A stretch of 64,000 bases of DNA from a bacterium (GCA_041664945.1 JBAYJY010000002.1:8721-72720), one strand, 5' to 3'; shown: positions 36,123 through 45,561, counted from the first letter of the stretch. Made by a program: numbers and translations. Notes: generated by a model not told the origin, from the sequence alone.

Positions 36123-36890
36123 ATGAACCCGGACACGGGACGAGAATATTCTGACATGCCCGCAAACGCCACAAAAAAAACGACGCTCGAACGCTGCCGC
36201 TCTCTGTGGGAGCGTATGTATCCAGACATAAAAAAGCCTGAGACTTATTTCCGGGGATGGAATGCGGAATCCGCTGCGGAGGGCAGCGGCCCGACTCTCG
36301 ACGCTGGTTGCGGCTCCGGCGGCTCTGTCGATTTCAAAGCGGTTCCCGGCGCCGGTTTCTCAGTCGGCATGGATATCGATCTCGAAGCTTTGAAAAGAAA
36401 CCCGAACGCGCTGTTCAAAGTCGCCGGCTCGATGGACGCGTTGCCATTCAAGGACGGAACTTTTGGCGTTATCACATCGCAGTACGCATTGGAGCATCTC
36501 GAACGTCCGCGTGAGAGTTTCGCCGAAATAGCGCGGGCGACAAAAACAGGCGGCGCTTTCATATTCATGACGACAAACTCCGGCGGCTATTTAGGAACAA
36601 TGATAAGGCTGATTCCGAACTCCATTCAGTTTGTGATAAAGAGGCGCGTTCTGAAAATGAGCGAGTCTGAGATTTATCCGGTATACATGCGCTGCAATAC
36701 GCGGAAGAAACTGATTCGCGCTCTTCATGAAGCCGGGTTCGGCGCGCCGGAGTTTGTTTTCATCGGCGGCCCGTTTTATTTCGGTTTCTCATACGCCGTT
36801 TTCAGGCTCGCCGTTTTATTCGAACGGCTCACGGACGGCGGGCTGAAACATCTGAAGTTTTATATCGTCGGAAGAGCAAAGCGGCGATGA
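36123..36890 (+). CDS. class I SAM-dependent methyltransferase
   Basis: 255 aa. Motif I is LDAGCGSGGS, and the post-I/II region is FGVITSQYALEHLE. Confidence 0.75.
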   Translation: MNPDTGREYSDMPANATKKTTLERCRSLWERMYPDIKKPETYFRGWNAESAAEGSGPTLDAGCGSGGSVDFKAVPGAGFSVGMDIDLEALKRNPNALFKVAGSMDALPFKDGTFGVITSQYALEHLERPRESFAEIARATKTGGAFIFMTTNSGGYLGTMIRLIPNSIQFVIKRRVLKMSESEIYPVYMRCNTRKKLIRALHEAGFGAPEFVFIGGPFYFGFSYAVFRLAVLFERLTDGGLKHLKFYIVGRAKRR

Positions 36891-36919
36891 CGCGAAGTAA
36901 TCAAGCCGACATTTATCCG

Positions 36920-37330
36920 TCAATCGAATAGACGTTTTGTGAGCGGCAGTTTTTCGAGCACGTTTGTCGCTTTGTCTATGACGTCGAAAGCGCGTTCGAT
37001 CTGCTTCATGCTGTCTTCCATCCGCGACGCCATTTTTTCGAGCCGCACAGTAAGCTCGCCGACGCGGTCGAACGTCACGTTCATCCGCTCCATGACGTCG
37101 TCCATCTTGTCGAAAGTTGAGCTGACCTGATTGAGCGTGCCGTCGATCTTGTCCACAGCGTTGCCTGTCTTATCGATAGTGAAATCGATCTTGCCGATGG
37201 AATTATCCGCGGCTGAAATCACTTCCGATGTGCTGTCTATAGTCGTGTCGAGTTTCGAAATCGCCTTTTCGAGGCGTTTAATAATTTTCTCAAACCGCTC
37301 GAACGCTTTAAATGGCTGAAAAATTTCCAA
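36920..37330 (-). CDS. hypothetical helical-repeat (hendecad-like) coiled-coil protein
   Basis: 136 aa with no hydrophobic segment. About nine 11-residue periods are visible (KLDTTIDSTSE/VISAADNSIGK/IDFTIDKTGNA/VDKIDGTLNQV...). Confidence 0.45.
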   Translation of the reverse strand: MEIFQPFKAFERFEKIIKRLEKAISKLDTTIDSTSEVISAADNSIGKIDFTIDKTGNAVDKIDGTLNQVSSTFDKMDDVMERMNVTFDRVGELTVRLEKMASRMEDSMKQIERAFDVIDKATNVLEKLPLTKRLFD

Positions 37331-37546
37331 GGAACTCTACCTCTTAAGAATCTGTATTATTCACCAGCGTATCGGGCGCAGCATGCCGCGCGCCTACGAA
37401 AGAATTATATTTTATATGCGGCAGCTTTGCCATAGCGCCGTTTCTTTTGGAATTCTAAATCTATCCGGAGATTTAAGATTCAAACCATTATGATGGTATA
37501 ATTGATAAGAGATGCAGAACGGGATAGCCATCGGAGAGCCGGTTTA

Positions 37547-38542
37547 ATGATCAGAAATTCAAAAGGAATATTCAGGTCGATATGCGGAATATTCATAGCA
37601 GCCGGAATTTTTGCGCTTGCCGGCTGCGGCGGCGGGGGAGGCGGCGGCGGAGCCGCAGCGCCGCCTGCTACGACCGGCGCGATCAGCGGCTGGCTTGACC
37701 GCGGCGCGGTGGCCCGGACTACGGGGCGGACGGAAGACAGAGCGGCGTCGATTATTCCCGTTTCAAACGCCAGCGTCACTGTTACATCCGGTTCGCAATC
37801 TTTTCAGACAAACACGAACGGGTTGGGTTATTTTGAAATCGCCGGATTGCCTCCCGGCAATTACATCGAGGCGACCGCAGTATCCGGCGCTCTAACGCTT
37901 AAAGCGTATTACGACGTTACAGCCGGCCAGATAGCTTCGAAGAGCATTAACGCGCGCACGACTGCGGCGGCAATGGTGTATAAGCGGCTGACAGTCGGCA
38001 TTCCGTCGCATGTTTCTTTCATCGAAAATTCGAGACTGATCGCAGATGTCGAGTCGGAGATTGAGACCGCTCTTGCGGCGGGCAATTACAATTACGATAC
38101 GGTTTATGCAGGAGCGAACACTCTGGCCGTTATCGCAAAAGTGAACGCCGGCGCAAGATTCGAGGACACAACAGTTCCAGTGATCTCAGTGATTTACCCG
38201 CAGGCCGCCGCTCAGATATCAGATGTCGATTTCCGCTCCGAATCCTTTTATATTGAAGTTACTTATTCGGACTCAGCGCCGATGGACGCCGGTTCTCTGA
38301 ACGTAACGCTTAAGATGGACAGCGATCCGGCGCAAAACGTAACTTCCTATTTTCAGGCGGTTAATTCAACGACTTTGCGCAGTTCAGGCATTTATGTTTT
38401 CAATCGGACCCTGTTCCTGCTGCCGAGCAACGATCACTCCCGCATTATGACCGTCAGCGTTTCTTTGAAGGACATGTCCGGCAACACTGGAACCGCGAGC
38501 AGGTCGTTCACGGTTTATCCGGTCTCGCCGCCGCCGCAATGA
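37547..38542 (+). CDS. lipoprotein with poly-Gly linker and carboxypeptidase-regulatory-like (Ig-like) domain
   Basis: I chose ATG 37547. The lipobox is IFALAGC, followed by GGGGGGGG. The segment NASVTVTSGSQSFQTNTNGLGYFEIAGLPPGNY is CarboxypepD_reg-like. Confidence 0.6.
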   Translation: MIRNSKGIFRSICGIFIAAGIFALAGCGGGGGGGGAAAPPATTGAISGWLDRGAVARTTGRTEDRAASIIPVSNASVTVTSGSQSFQTNTNGLGYFEIAGLPPGNYIEATAVSGALTLKAYYDVTAGQIASKSINARTTAAAMVYKRLTVGIPSHVSFIENSRLIADVESEIETALAAGNYNYDTVYAGANTLAVIAKVNAGARFEDTTVPVISVIYPQAAAQISDVDFRSESFYIEVTYSDSAPMDAGSLNVTLKMDSDPAQNVTSYFQAVNSTTLRSSGIYVFNRTLFLLPSNDHSRIMTVSVSLKDMSGNTGTASRSFTVYPVSPPPQ

Positions 38543-38642
38543 AGGCCGGTCGCCGGATGCGGCCGGAAAATCGCATTTTTAGAAAGGATGATTCTTTCAG
38601 CTTAAGCATTATGCCCAAAGCCGCTTTCGCTCAAAGTAGAAT

Positions 38643-39326
38643 ATGATTAGAGCTATCTTCTTCGACGCTTTCCGCACTCTGTTTGACAGTTACAAAACTC
38701 ACGATGACGCCACTCACGCGATAATCGAGTATCACAATCTCGATATCGACCCGGATGTTTTCCACACAAAGTGGGACGAGTTCATCCTCGCCGGCTGGAA
38801 AGACGGCGATTTCATTCTGCAGTGGCCGATGTTCGAGCTTTGCCTCGAATTGACGTTCAAACACTTCGGCGTTTCTGATTATGACGCCAAGACAGGAATT
38901 AATTTCTGGCTCGACCTCGTCGCCGGCGCGCCGGTTTTCCCGGAAACCCTGCCGGTTCTCGATTCGCTCGCGGATAAATACGATATTGCGATCTTATCAA
39001 ACACGGATAATTTCGAGATAGGGATGTGTCTGAAAAACCATCCGCTGCCGGTGAAAAAGGTAATTTCGTCAGAGGACTCTCGTTGCTATAAGCCGAACCG
39101 GAAGATATTTGACGACGCGTTGTCAGCATTCGGCGTCAACGCGGACGAGGCGGTTATGGTCGGCGACTCGCAATTCGCCGATGTGCTCGGCGCCGCAAAC
39201 GCCGGGATCAGATCGATCTGGATAAACAGGAACGGGAAGGAGCCGCGCGCGGACCTTCCGTCGCCGACCGCCGAGTTGTCCGACCTGACCGGCGTTCCTG
39301 ATGTAGTTCGCGGTTTCGACGCATAA
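38643..39326 (+). CDS. HAD-superfamily hydrolase (subfamily IA, haloacid dehalogenase-like)
   Basis: 227 aa. Motif I is IFFDAFRTLFD, motif II is ILSNTD, and motif IV is VGDSQFADVLGA. Confidence 0.75.
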   Translation: MIRAIFFDAFRTLFDSYKTHDDATHAIIEYHNLDIDPDVFHTKWDEFILAGWKDGDFILQWPMFELCLELTFKHFGVSDYDAKTGINFWLDLVAGAPVFPETLPVLDSLADKYDIAILSNTDNFEIGMCLKNHPLPVKKVISSEDSRCYKPNRKIFDDALSAFGVNADEAVMVGDSQFADVLGAANAGIRSIWINRNGKEPRADLPSPTAELSDLTGVPDVVRGFDA

Positions 39327-39427
39327 TTCTCAAATTGGAAATGTGAATCAAAACATGCCAGCGCTTGCGTTTCCGCGCGCATGTAATAAAATAGTTAGAT
39401 TATTAAACCGGACTGTCCGATTTATGA

Positions 39428-39991
39428 ATGTTACGGGATGAACAAGCGGATGGCCGAGAGGATAGCAAGTTGGATTTCGACAAGAAGTTTTACCAGCGCA
39501 ACTTTTTCAAGCTCGAACGCTATCGCGTTTCCGCTGACTTGCGCGAGGAAGACAAGGCCGAGGAGAACGAGGCGACGATAAAGATACTTGTGCCCGCCGC
39601 GGCGGCCGCAGGAAAAGTGACCGCCCGTTTTATCGCCGAGTACCAGCCTGAGGACAAGCATTACGTCGCGCTCTCGGCAACCTCGAACGGCGCCGGAACA
39701 GTAGATGCGCTGGACAGTTCGCTGCGAAAGCTGCTTGAGCCGATATATCCGTTCATATCCGACATAAGGCTCGTGCGTTACGGCGTCACGAATATTTCGT
39801 CGAAGCGGGGCACGTCAAGCGAAGTGGAAGTCTTCATTCTCGCCACGAATGGGGAAGGCAAGCTGTATTACTCCGAAGTCAGTTCCGTCAGCGTGATAGA
39901 AGCGTCATTTTTCGCGCTGTCGAATATATATAACAGATATTTCCGCGATGAATATATAAGCTGCAAGGCGGCCGGCGCGAGGAAAAGATGA
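39428..39991 (+). CDS. stand-alone LeuA/CimA C-terminal regulatory (LeuA_dimer-like) domain protein
   Basis: 187 aa. ATSNGAGTVDALDSSLRKLL...IRLVRYGVTNISSKRGTSSEVEVFILATNGEGKLYYSEVSSVSVIEASFFALSNIYN resembles the GxGPVDA...dy.v.a......a.v.v......G.g.diieAs..Al pattern. The assignment is tentative. Confidence 0.4.
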   Translation: MLRDEQADGREDSKLDFDKKFYQRNFFKLERYRVSADLREEDKAEENEATIKILVPAAAAAGKVTARFIAEYQPEDKHYVALSATSNGAGTVDALDSSLRKLLEPIYPFISDIRLVRYGVTNISSKRGTSSEVEVFILATNGEGKLYYSEVSSVSVIEASFFALSNIYNRYFRDEYISCKAAGARKR

Positions 39992-40977
39992 AAGCGCTTG
40001 TAACCGGAGCGACAGGATTTATAGGCTCTCATCTTGCCGAGGTTCTCGCCGACAAGGGGTGGGAAGTTCGCGCGCTCGTTCGCGAGACCAGCGATGTGGG
40101 ATTGCTGAATCGGATCGGCGCGGAACTCGTAGTCGGCGACATCCGGGATAAGGATTCGCTGAAGGATGCGCTTGCAGGGCGCGAGATAATATTTCATTGC
40201 GCGGCGCTCGTGGGCGAGTGGGGCGAACCTGTCGACTTCTACAACATCAACGTCGGCGGTATGAAAAATCTGATAGACGAGGCTGAAAAAGCAGGAGTCA
40301 AACGGGTCATAGATGTTAGCTCGACATCCGTTCACGGCTACGAAGGATTCAAGCGCGACACCGAGGAAAGTCCGTACATATCATTCGGAATTCTTTACAG
40401 CGACACGAAGCAGGAAGCCGAGAAACTGCTTTGGGAAGCGCACGCGCAGGGGCGCATCGAGGCGACATCGATCCGGCCGGCGATGGTGTGGGGCCCGAGA
40501 GATCAGGCTTTTTTCGCGAAGTTTATAAAACTGCTCAAAAAGAAACAGTTTGTATATATCGACGGCGGGCGGCATATCGCGGGCCTGACTCACGTACGGA
40601 ATGTTTGCGACGCAATGTTTCGCTCCGCGCAGAATCCGAACTCGATCGGCAAGGCTTTTATTATCACCGATGATAATGACATTACATATCGCGATGTTGT
40701 CGAAAAACTGTGCGACGAACTTGGATTTAAAAAGCCGCGCTTGAGCATTTCTTATTCAGCCGCGAAATTTATCGCATACTGGTCCGAGAAATACGCCCGC
40801 CGCAAACAGTCCGAGAAAGCGCCGATTCTGACGCGGATGGGCGTTTCCTGCATCGGCAACGATCTTTCCTTCGATATCACGCGCGCGAAAACAATTCTCG
40901 GATACGCGCCGCGCTATTCTTTCCCGCAAAGCCTTCCCGAATATTTGGAATGGCTGAAATCCCAGAATAACATATAG
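39988..40977 (+). CDS. NAD-dependent epimerase/dehydratase (extended SDR)
   Basis: 329 aa. The Rossmann motif is VTGATGFIGSHL, and the catalytic YxxxK is YSDTKQEAE. An ATGA start/stop overlap links it to the upstream gene. Confidence 0.85.
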   Translation: MKALVTGATGFIGSHLAEVLADKGWEVRALVRETSDVGLLNRIGAELVVGDIRDKDSLKDALAGREIIFHCAALVGEWGEPVDFYNINVGGMKNLIDEAEKAGVKRVIDVSSTSVHGYEGFKRDTEESPYISFGILYSDTKQEAEKLLWEAHAQGRIEATSIRPAMVWGPRDQAFFAKFIKLLKKKQFVYIDGGRHIAGLTHVRNVCDAMFRSAQNPNSIGKAFIITDDNDITYRDVVEKLCDELGFKKPRLSISYSAAKFIAYWSEKYARRKQSEKAPILTRMGVSCIGNDLSFDITRAKTILGYAPRYSFPQSLPEYLEWLKSQNNI

Positions 40978-41012
40978 ATTCAAACAATTGTTTATCGAAT
41001 GTTTTTATAAAT

Positions 41013-41363
41013 TCAGTCGCTCGGCGCTTTAGGTTTCAATCGCTCCAAATTGTAGGCGAATCTTGCGAAGTCACACTTTTCGTTTTGCGGCCCGCCAATG
41101 TATGAAGGTTTAACCTCGCGGCAGGGGCTTGGCCGTTTTTCATATATGGAGCAGCGGACGTTTTCCCCGACGATCCCCTCAAGCGCTACGCAATGTGGCT
41201 TTTTAGCGTTTGTGCCTTTCATCGCGCGGAAGAACTGGCTGACATCCTCGGTCAGTTCGACCGGGACGCCGCCGGGCGTCTCGTCGTCGGCTTCCGCCCA
41301 GTAAAAGCTCGCGCGGTAAATAGCGCAGCACGCGCCGCATTCAAGACAGGGATTCTTCCCCAT
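41013..41363 (-). CDS. YkgJ-family cysteine-cluster (CxxCxxCC) protein
   Basis: 116 aa. Motifs are CLECGACC near the N-terminus, and later HCVALEG and RCSIYEKRPSPCREV. Confidence 0.7.
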   Translation of the reverse strand: MGKNPCLECGACCAIYRASFYWAEADDETPGGVPVELTEDVSQFFRAMKGTNAKKPHCVALEGIVGENVRCSIYEKRPSPCREVKPSYIGGPQNEKCDFARFAYNLERLKPKAPSD

Positions 41364-41423
41364 GAACGCTTACCCCGCAGAGATGAAGTGTCACAAAATG
41401 AACGTTATATATAAAACACTATT

Positions 41424-42185
41424 TTATTTCAGCAAATCGCGAACTGTCAGAGTCCGGTAAGGCTCGACGACAAACTCCGGAGCGAAAAGGCCGGCGATAG
41501 CCTGAACTACCGTGTCGGCCGGTATTTTATTGAGATTCTCGACGAGCTTTTTCTGCTTTGCGTCGAGCATGTGTGTCGTCTGGCTTGCGTGAGAAAAGAA
41601 CGCGTCGTATTTTTTGCGGAAAAGCAAGCCGACTGGAATGAACGTGTCGGCTTTGCGGCGCGGCGAATCGAACAGCAGCATGTTAGGGCACTGGTGCGGA
41701 TTGAGGCCTTCGGCGAGGTGTTCGGGGAAATAGTGAGGGAGCAGCGCGAAAGCGTTCGCGCGAAGAGTGGCGAGAGCGACAGCGTGATGGTCCGGGTGGT
41801 GAGCGTAATCCGGCATCGACGGGTCGAAAGTGAGCAGCAGATCGGGGCGATAAAAGCGAATGAGTCTCATCAACTTGCCCTGCAATTCGATCGTCGGGCT
41901 GAGTTCGCCGTCCGGATAGTCGAAGAAAACGGTGTCGGCGACGCCGAGGATTTCGTTAGCGCGTTTCTGTTCCTCGCGGCGGATGCGGGTGAGTTCGTCC
42001 GGGTTTAGGCTGCGGTTAAGCGTGCCTTTCTCGCCGCGCGTGCAGATGGCGTAGATCACGTTCGCGCCCTGCGCGGCAAGCCGGTGCACGAGAGCTCCGC
42101 AATAATAATCCGCGTCGTCCGGGTGCGCTTGCGTCACCAGAACAGTTTTTTTCGAATATTTTCTGTAGTTGAATAAGAAATTCAT
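41424..42185 (-). CDS. PIG-L/LmbE-family deacetylase
   Basis: 253 aa. Motifs are VLVTQAHPDDADYYCG and HPDHHAVA. Confidence 0.8.
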   Translation of the reverse strand: MNFLFNYRKYSKKTVLVTQAHPDDADYYCGALVHRLAAQGANVIYAICTRGEKGTLNRSLNPDELTRIRREEQKRANEILGVADTVFFDYPDGELSPTIELQGKLMRLIRFYRPDLLLTFDPSMPDYAHHPDHHAVALATLRANAFALLPHYFPEHLAEGLNPHQCPNMLLFDSPRRKADTFIPVGLLFRKKYDAFFSHASQTTHMLDAKQKKLVENLNKIPADTVVQAIAGLFAPEFVVEPYRTLTVRDLLK

Positions 42186-42230
42186 ATTTTTAGCGTTCCT
42201 CAGCTTTCAGCTTTTCAGTTCAATAAACCT

Positions 42231-43148
42231 TTAAATTAGATCTCTAAGCGCTCTAATTGACCAGCCGAGCGGTTTTTGAAAGACCTGTTTGCCGGCGCGG
42301 GCCTGCTCGAATAATTCGACGCCGAGGTCGGCGTGATAGTTGATCATCGCTTCGCCGGCTTCTTTGGTCGCTATTGACGGGTTGCCCTGATAGGGCTCCA
42401 TTTTCGGGTCGCTTACCCAAGTGAGCCCGTGTGCGAGGAAATCGAAATCGGTGGCGGCGTCGTTCGCGCCGAGGGAGCGCAAGATTTTCGAGATGCCCGA
42501 AAGCAGGTGGAAGGGGAGTTGTTTCGCCGATTCCCTGCCTGGGCCGGTCTGCTTCCAGATTTCACGAATCTTTTCCGGCGCGATAGCGAGCATGAGAGAA
42601 GTTTCGTTTGTGCCGCCGTGGGCGTCGGCTGAGTCGCCGCAAGAGCCGGGTCCAAGGCCGGTTTTTTCGAGAAGGTCCGGGTCGTGAGCCACCATGCGGC
42701 GGAAAAGAGTATTGAAAGGCGCGATGAGATTAAGCTTTTTGCCTGCGAGTTCGCGGCCTGCGAGTTCGATAGCCATCTGGTGGTGAGGGCCGCCGTGGTT
42801 GTCTGTGAGAATCCAGTATTTGAACCCGAATGAGGATAATGTTTGGCCGGTATCGAGCAACGCGCCCAGGATTGCTTTGTATCTTACGCGCACGGAGCCT
42901 TTTACAGGAATTGCGTCGGAGCCGAGCGCGAGAGTGGGCAGAATGACGAACTGAAGCTCGGGATATTTCGCATCGAGTTTCCTAGCGATGAGGTCGCGAA
43001 GGCTTTCGGCGATAAAAATGTCCGTGCCGAGAGGCAGGTGTGCGCCGTGCGTTTCGAGCGGCGATATCGCGGACAGAAAAACCGTGTTCGCGCGGTCGAG
43101 AGCCTCGAGTTCGAGATAAGTCAAATCCACATAATTAAATGTTTTCAT
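42231..43148 (-). CDS. creatininase-family amidohydrolase
   Basis: Motifs are PLETHGAHLPLGTD, TDNHGGPH and AHGGTNETS. I chose the start at ATG 43148 (MKTFNYVDLTYLE); the track's longer start is at 43184. Confidence 0.75.
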   Translation of the reverse strand: MKTFNYVDLTYLELEALDRANTVFLSAISPLETHGAHLPLGTDIFIAESLRDLIARKLDAKYPELQFVILPTLALGSDAIPVKGSVRVRYKAILGALLDTGQTLSSFGFKYWILTDNHGGPHHQMAIELAGRELAGKKLNLIAPFNTLFRRMVAHDPDLLEKTGLGPGSCGDSADAHGGTNETSLMLAIAPEKIREIWKQTGPGRESAKQLPFHLLSGISKILRSLGANDAATDFDFLAHGLTWVSDPKMEPYQGNPSIATKEAGEAMINYHADLGVELFEQARAGKQVFQKPLGWSIRALRDLI

Positions 43149-43334
43149 GACGCTAATTATTGCGAAAAACCTATAAAAATACAAATGGATGAAGGAGTGA
43201 GAAAGCGCGCAAATGAAGGGGCCGCCGTTGAAACCGTTGATAAATAGGGTTTACAATTGAAGAACGATATGCTATATATCATTGTGAGGCATTAAGGAGA
43301 TTCACCGCTTTCAGCGTCAAATGGCTTTAAGTGA

Positions 43335-43362
43335 TTGACAATCCAAATATTGCCGCTATAAT
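43335..43362 (+). promoter_or_regulatory. consensus sigma-70 promoter of rplM-rpsI (TTGACA-N16-TATAAT)
   Basis: TTGACA lies at 43335-43340 and TATAAT at 43357-43362. Confidence 0.7.
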
Positions 43363-43440
43363 TGTTTGTTTCGTGGGGCAGAGACGCCCGAGATGGGTAT
43401 GTCGCGCGGCCACGGGAAGTAACGAGGGAGCGAAAAAGAG
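43363..43440 (+). promoter_or_regulatory. structured 5' leader of rplM (possible r-protein autoregulatory leader)
   Basis: The leader is about 70 nt. It has nested complementarity: CGTGG (43372-43376) pairs with CCACG (~43411-43415), enclosing GGGC-agagac-GCCC. An SD-like GAGGGAG precedes the ATG. Confidence 0.35.
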
Positions 43441-43875
43441 ATGAAAACGACGACGTACCCGAAAAAAGATGAGACGCCGATGAAGTATTACATATTCGAC
43501 GCGGAAGGACAGGTCTTGGGCCGTCTTGCGGTTCGCGCGGCGTCACTGATACGCGGAAAGCACAAACCGATCTACCATCCGGCGGTGGACACAGGCGATT
43601 ACGTTATCATAGTAAACTGCGCAAAGGTAAAGCTGACCGGCAGGAAACTTGATCAGAAGATGTACTACCACCACTCGAATTATCCGGGCGGTCTGAAAGA
43701 AGTTAAGTATAAAGATTTAATAGAGCGCCGGCCGGACTTCGTTGTCCGCAAGGCGGTTGAAGGCATGCTGCCGCACAACCATCTGGGGCGCAAGCTCATA
43801 CGCAAACTGAAAGTATATGCCGGTCCGGAGCATCCGCACGCGGCTCAGAAACCTGAAAAAATTACACTTGACTGA
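43441..43875 (+). CDS. rplM: 50S ribosomal protein L13
   Basis: 144 aa. Motifs are YIFDAEGQVLGRLAVRAASLIRGKHKP and GDYVIIVNCAKVKLTG. Confidence 0.95.
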   Translation: MKTTTYPKKDETPMKYYIFDAEGQVLGRLAVRAASLIRGKHKPIYHPAVDTGDYVIIVNCAKVKLTGRKLDQKMYYHHSNYPGGLKEVKYKDLIERRPDFVVRKAVEGMLPHNHLGRKLIRKLKVYAGPEHPHAAQKPEKITLD

Positions 43876-43892
43876 ATAGGGGGCGCACAATC

Positions 43893-44294
43893 GTGGCCAA
43901 AGCTACTGTTGAAAAATATTACGGAACCGGACGCCGGAAAGAAGCCATTGCGAAAGTATGGGTAATGCCCGGAACCGGCAAAATAACAATCAACGGCATA
44001 GAGATGTTGACGCTGTTCACCCGCATCGCGCATCAGGCTGAGATACTCGGGCCGCTAAGAGACACAAGGCTCGAAGGCCGAGTGGATGTCATAGCGCAGA
44101 CGGTCGGCGGCGGCATAACAGGCCAGTCCGGCGCGATCCGGCTCGGCATCGCCCGCGCGCTCCTGCAAATGGACGAAAGCCTGCGCAAGCGGCTCCGCGA
44201 CGGCGGCCACCTTACACGCGATCCGCGCATGAAGGAACGCAAAAAGTACGGCCAGCCCGGCGCGCGCAAGAAATTCCAATTTTCAAAACGTTAA
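43893..44294 (+). CDS. rpsI: 30S ribosomal protein S9
   Basis: 133 aa with a GTG start. Motifs are YGTGRRKEAIAKVWV and the C-terminal KKYGQPGARKKFQFSKR. Confidence 0.95.
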   Translation: MAKATVEKYYGTGRRKEAIAKVWVMPGTGKITINGIEMLTLFTRIAHQAEILGPLRDTRLEGRVDVIAQTVGGGITGQSGAIRLGIARALLQMDESLRKRLRDGGHLTRDPRMKERKKYGQPGARKKFQFSKR

Positions 44295-44505
44295 TATTCC
44301 GTTCGCCGGCATATTACCGGCCAGCGGCGGTGCCATTTCCTCCGCCTACCGGAATGTATTATATTTTATTTTCATTTCCCGGTTTATATGGCGGATCAAA
44401 AGGCGTTTTTTACGTTCCGGAAATATCCGGTTCGCTTCTTAAAAACACTGCTTTCTGAAAGTGAAATAATATCGAGAATAATGTGATCGAAGGAAGGTGA
44501 CGGAA

Positions 44506-45561
44506 ATGGCGAAACAAGCGAAACCGGTGAGATGCGCTATAGTGGGCGCGTCGGGTTACGCGGGTCTGGAAACGATCAGGCTGCTCGCCGGCCATCCGGG
44601 GGCGCAGGTTGTTTTCGCGACTTCTAATACTTATAAGTCGAAATCCGTGAGCGAGACGTTTCCGAACTCCGGCGCTCCAGAGGGCCTCTGCTATTCGCCC
44701 CACGAGGACGCGCCGGGATTCAAAGGCGCCGATGTATTTTTTCTCGCGCTCCCGCACGGCGAGTCGTACGGCATGATCGACGGCCTGCTGAAAAGCGCGC
44801 GCGTTGTCGATATCAGCGCGGATTACAGGCTGAGAGCGGCTGCCGATTACGAAAAATGGTATGGATATAAGCATCCGAAACCCGCGCTGCTCAAAGCGGC
44901 TGCATTCGGACTTTGCGAGATATACAGGAAAGAAATCAAAAAAGCGCGTCTTATCGCGAATCCCGGCTGTTATCCGACGAGCGTCGCTCTGGCGCTGCAT
45001 CCGTTGTCGAAGCTGCGCGAGTTCGTGGGAGGGCCGATCATTGTCGACTCGAAATCCGGCTACTCCGGCGCCGGCCGGTCGCTCAAACCGCATCTGTTGT
45101 TCAGCGAGGCAATAGGCGAGTTCGCGCCTTACGCGGTGACCGGCCACCGGCACACGTCTGAAATGTTGCAGGAATCGCGCGCTGCGCTCGGCCGGCCGGT
45201 CCCGCTCACTTTCACGCCGCATTTGATTCCGGTCGCCCGCGGAATCGTCAGCACGATATATGTGCCGTTAACCGGAGAAATTGACGAAAAGAAAATCCGC
45301 GCCGTATATGAAAAGTTCTATAAGGGCGAACGCTTCGCGCAGGTAGCGCGGCCGGGACGCATTCCGTCAATTAAGCAGGTCGTCGGCACGAACAACTGCC
45401 TTATCAATGTGTTTCTGGACAAGGAAACCAATATGCTGAAGATTATTTCAGCGATCGATAATCTGATTAAAGGCGCCGCCGGACAGGCGATTCAGAACAT
45501 GAACCTGATGTTCGGATTGCCGGAAGAAGCCGGCCTTGTCGCGACGCCTTGGGCTCCGTAG
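44506..45561 (+). CDS. argC: N-acetyl-gamma-glutamyl-phosphate reductase
   Basis: ATG 44506 follows AGGAAGG. Motifs are IVGASGYAGLE and the active-site NPGCYPTS. Confidence 0.9.
   Translation: MAKQAKPVRCAIVGASGYAGLETIRLLAGHPGAQVVFATSNTYKSKSVSETFPNSGAPEGLCYSPHEDAPGFKGADVFFLALPHGESYGMIDGLLKSARVVDISADYRLRAAADYEKWYGYKHPKPALLKAAAFGLCEIYRKEIKKARLIANPGCYPTSVALALHPLSKLREFVGGPIIVDSKSGYSGAGRSLKPHLLFSEAIGEFAPYAVTGHRHTSEMLQESRAALGRPVPLTFTPHLIPVARGIVSTIYVPLTGEIDEKKIRAVYEKFYKGERFAQVARPGRIPSIKQVVGTNNCLINVFLDKETNMLKIISAIDNLIKGAAGQAIQNMNLMFGLPEEAGLVATPWAP

Noticed and set aside
40983-40994. A perfect 12-nt palindrome, AAACAATTGTTT, between convergent genes.
   Set aside because: It is too short and AT-rich to call as a terminator or operator without further evidence.
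44353-44377. A possible ArgR operator (ARG box) upstream of argC.
   Set aside because: It is only an AT-rich stretch with partial half-site resemblance. It is kept as a low-interest note, not called as a feature.
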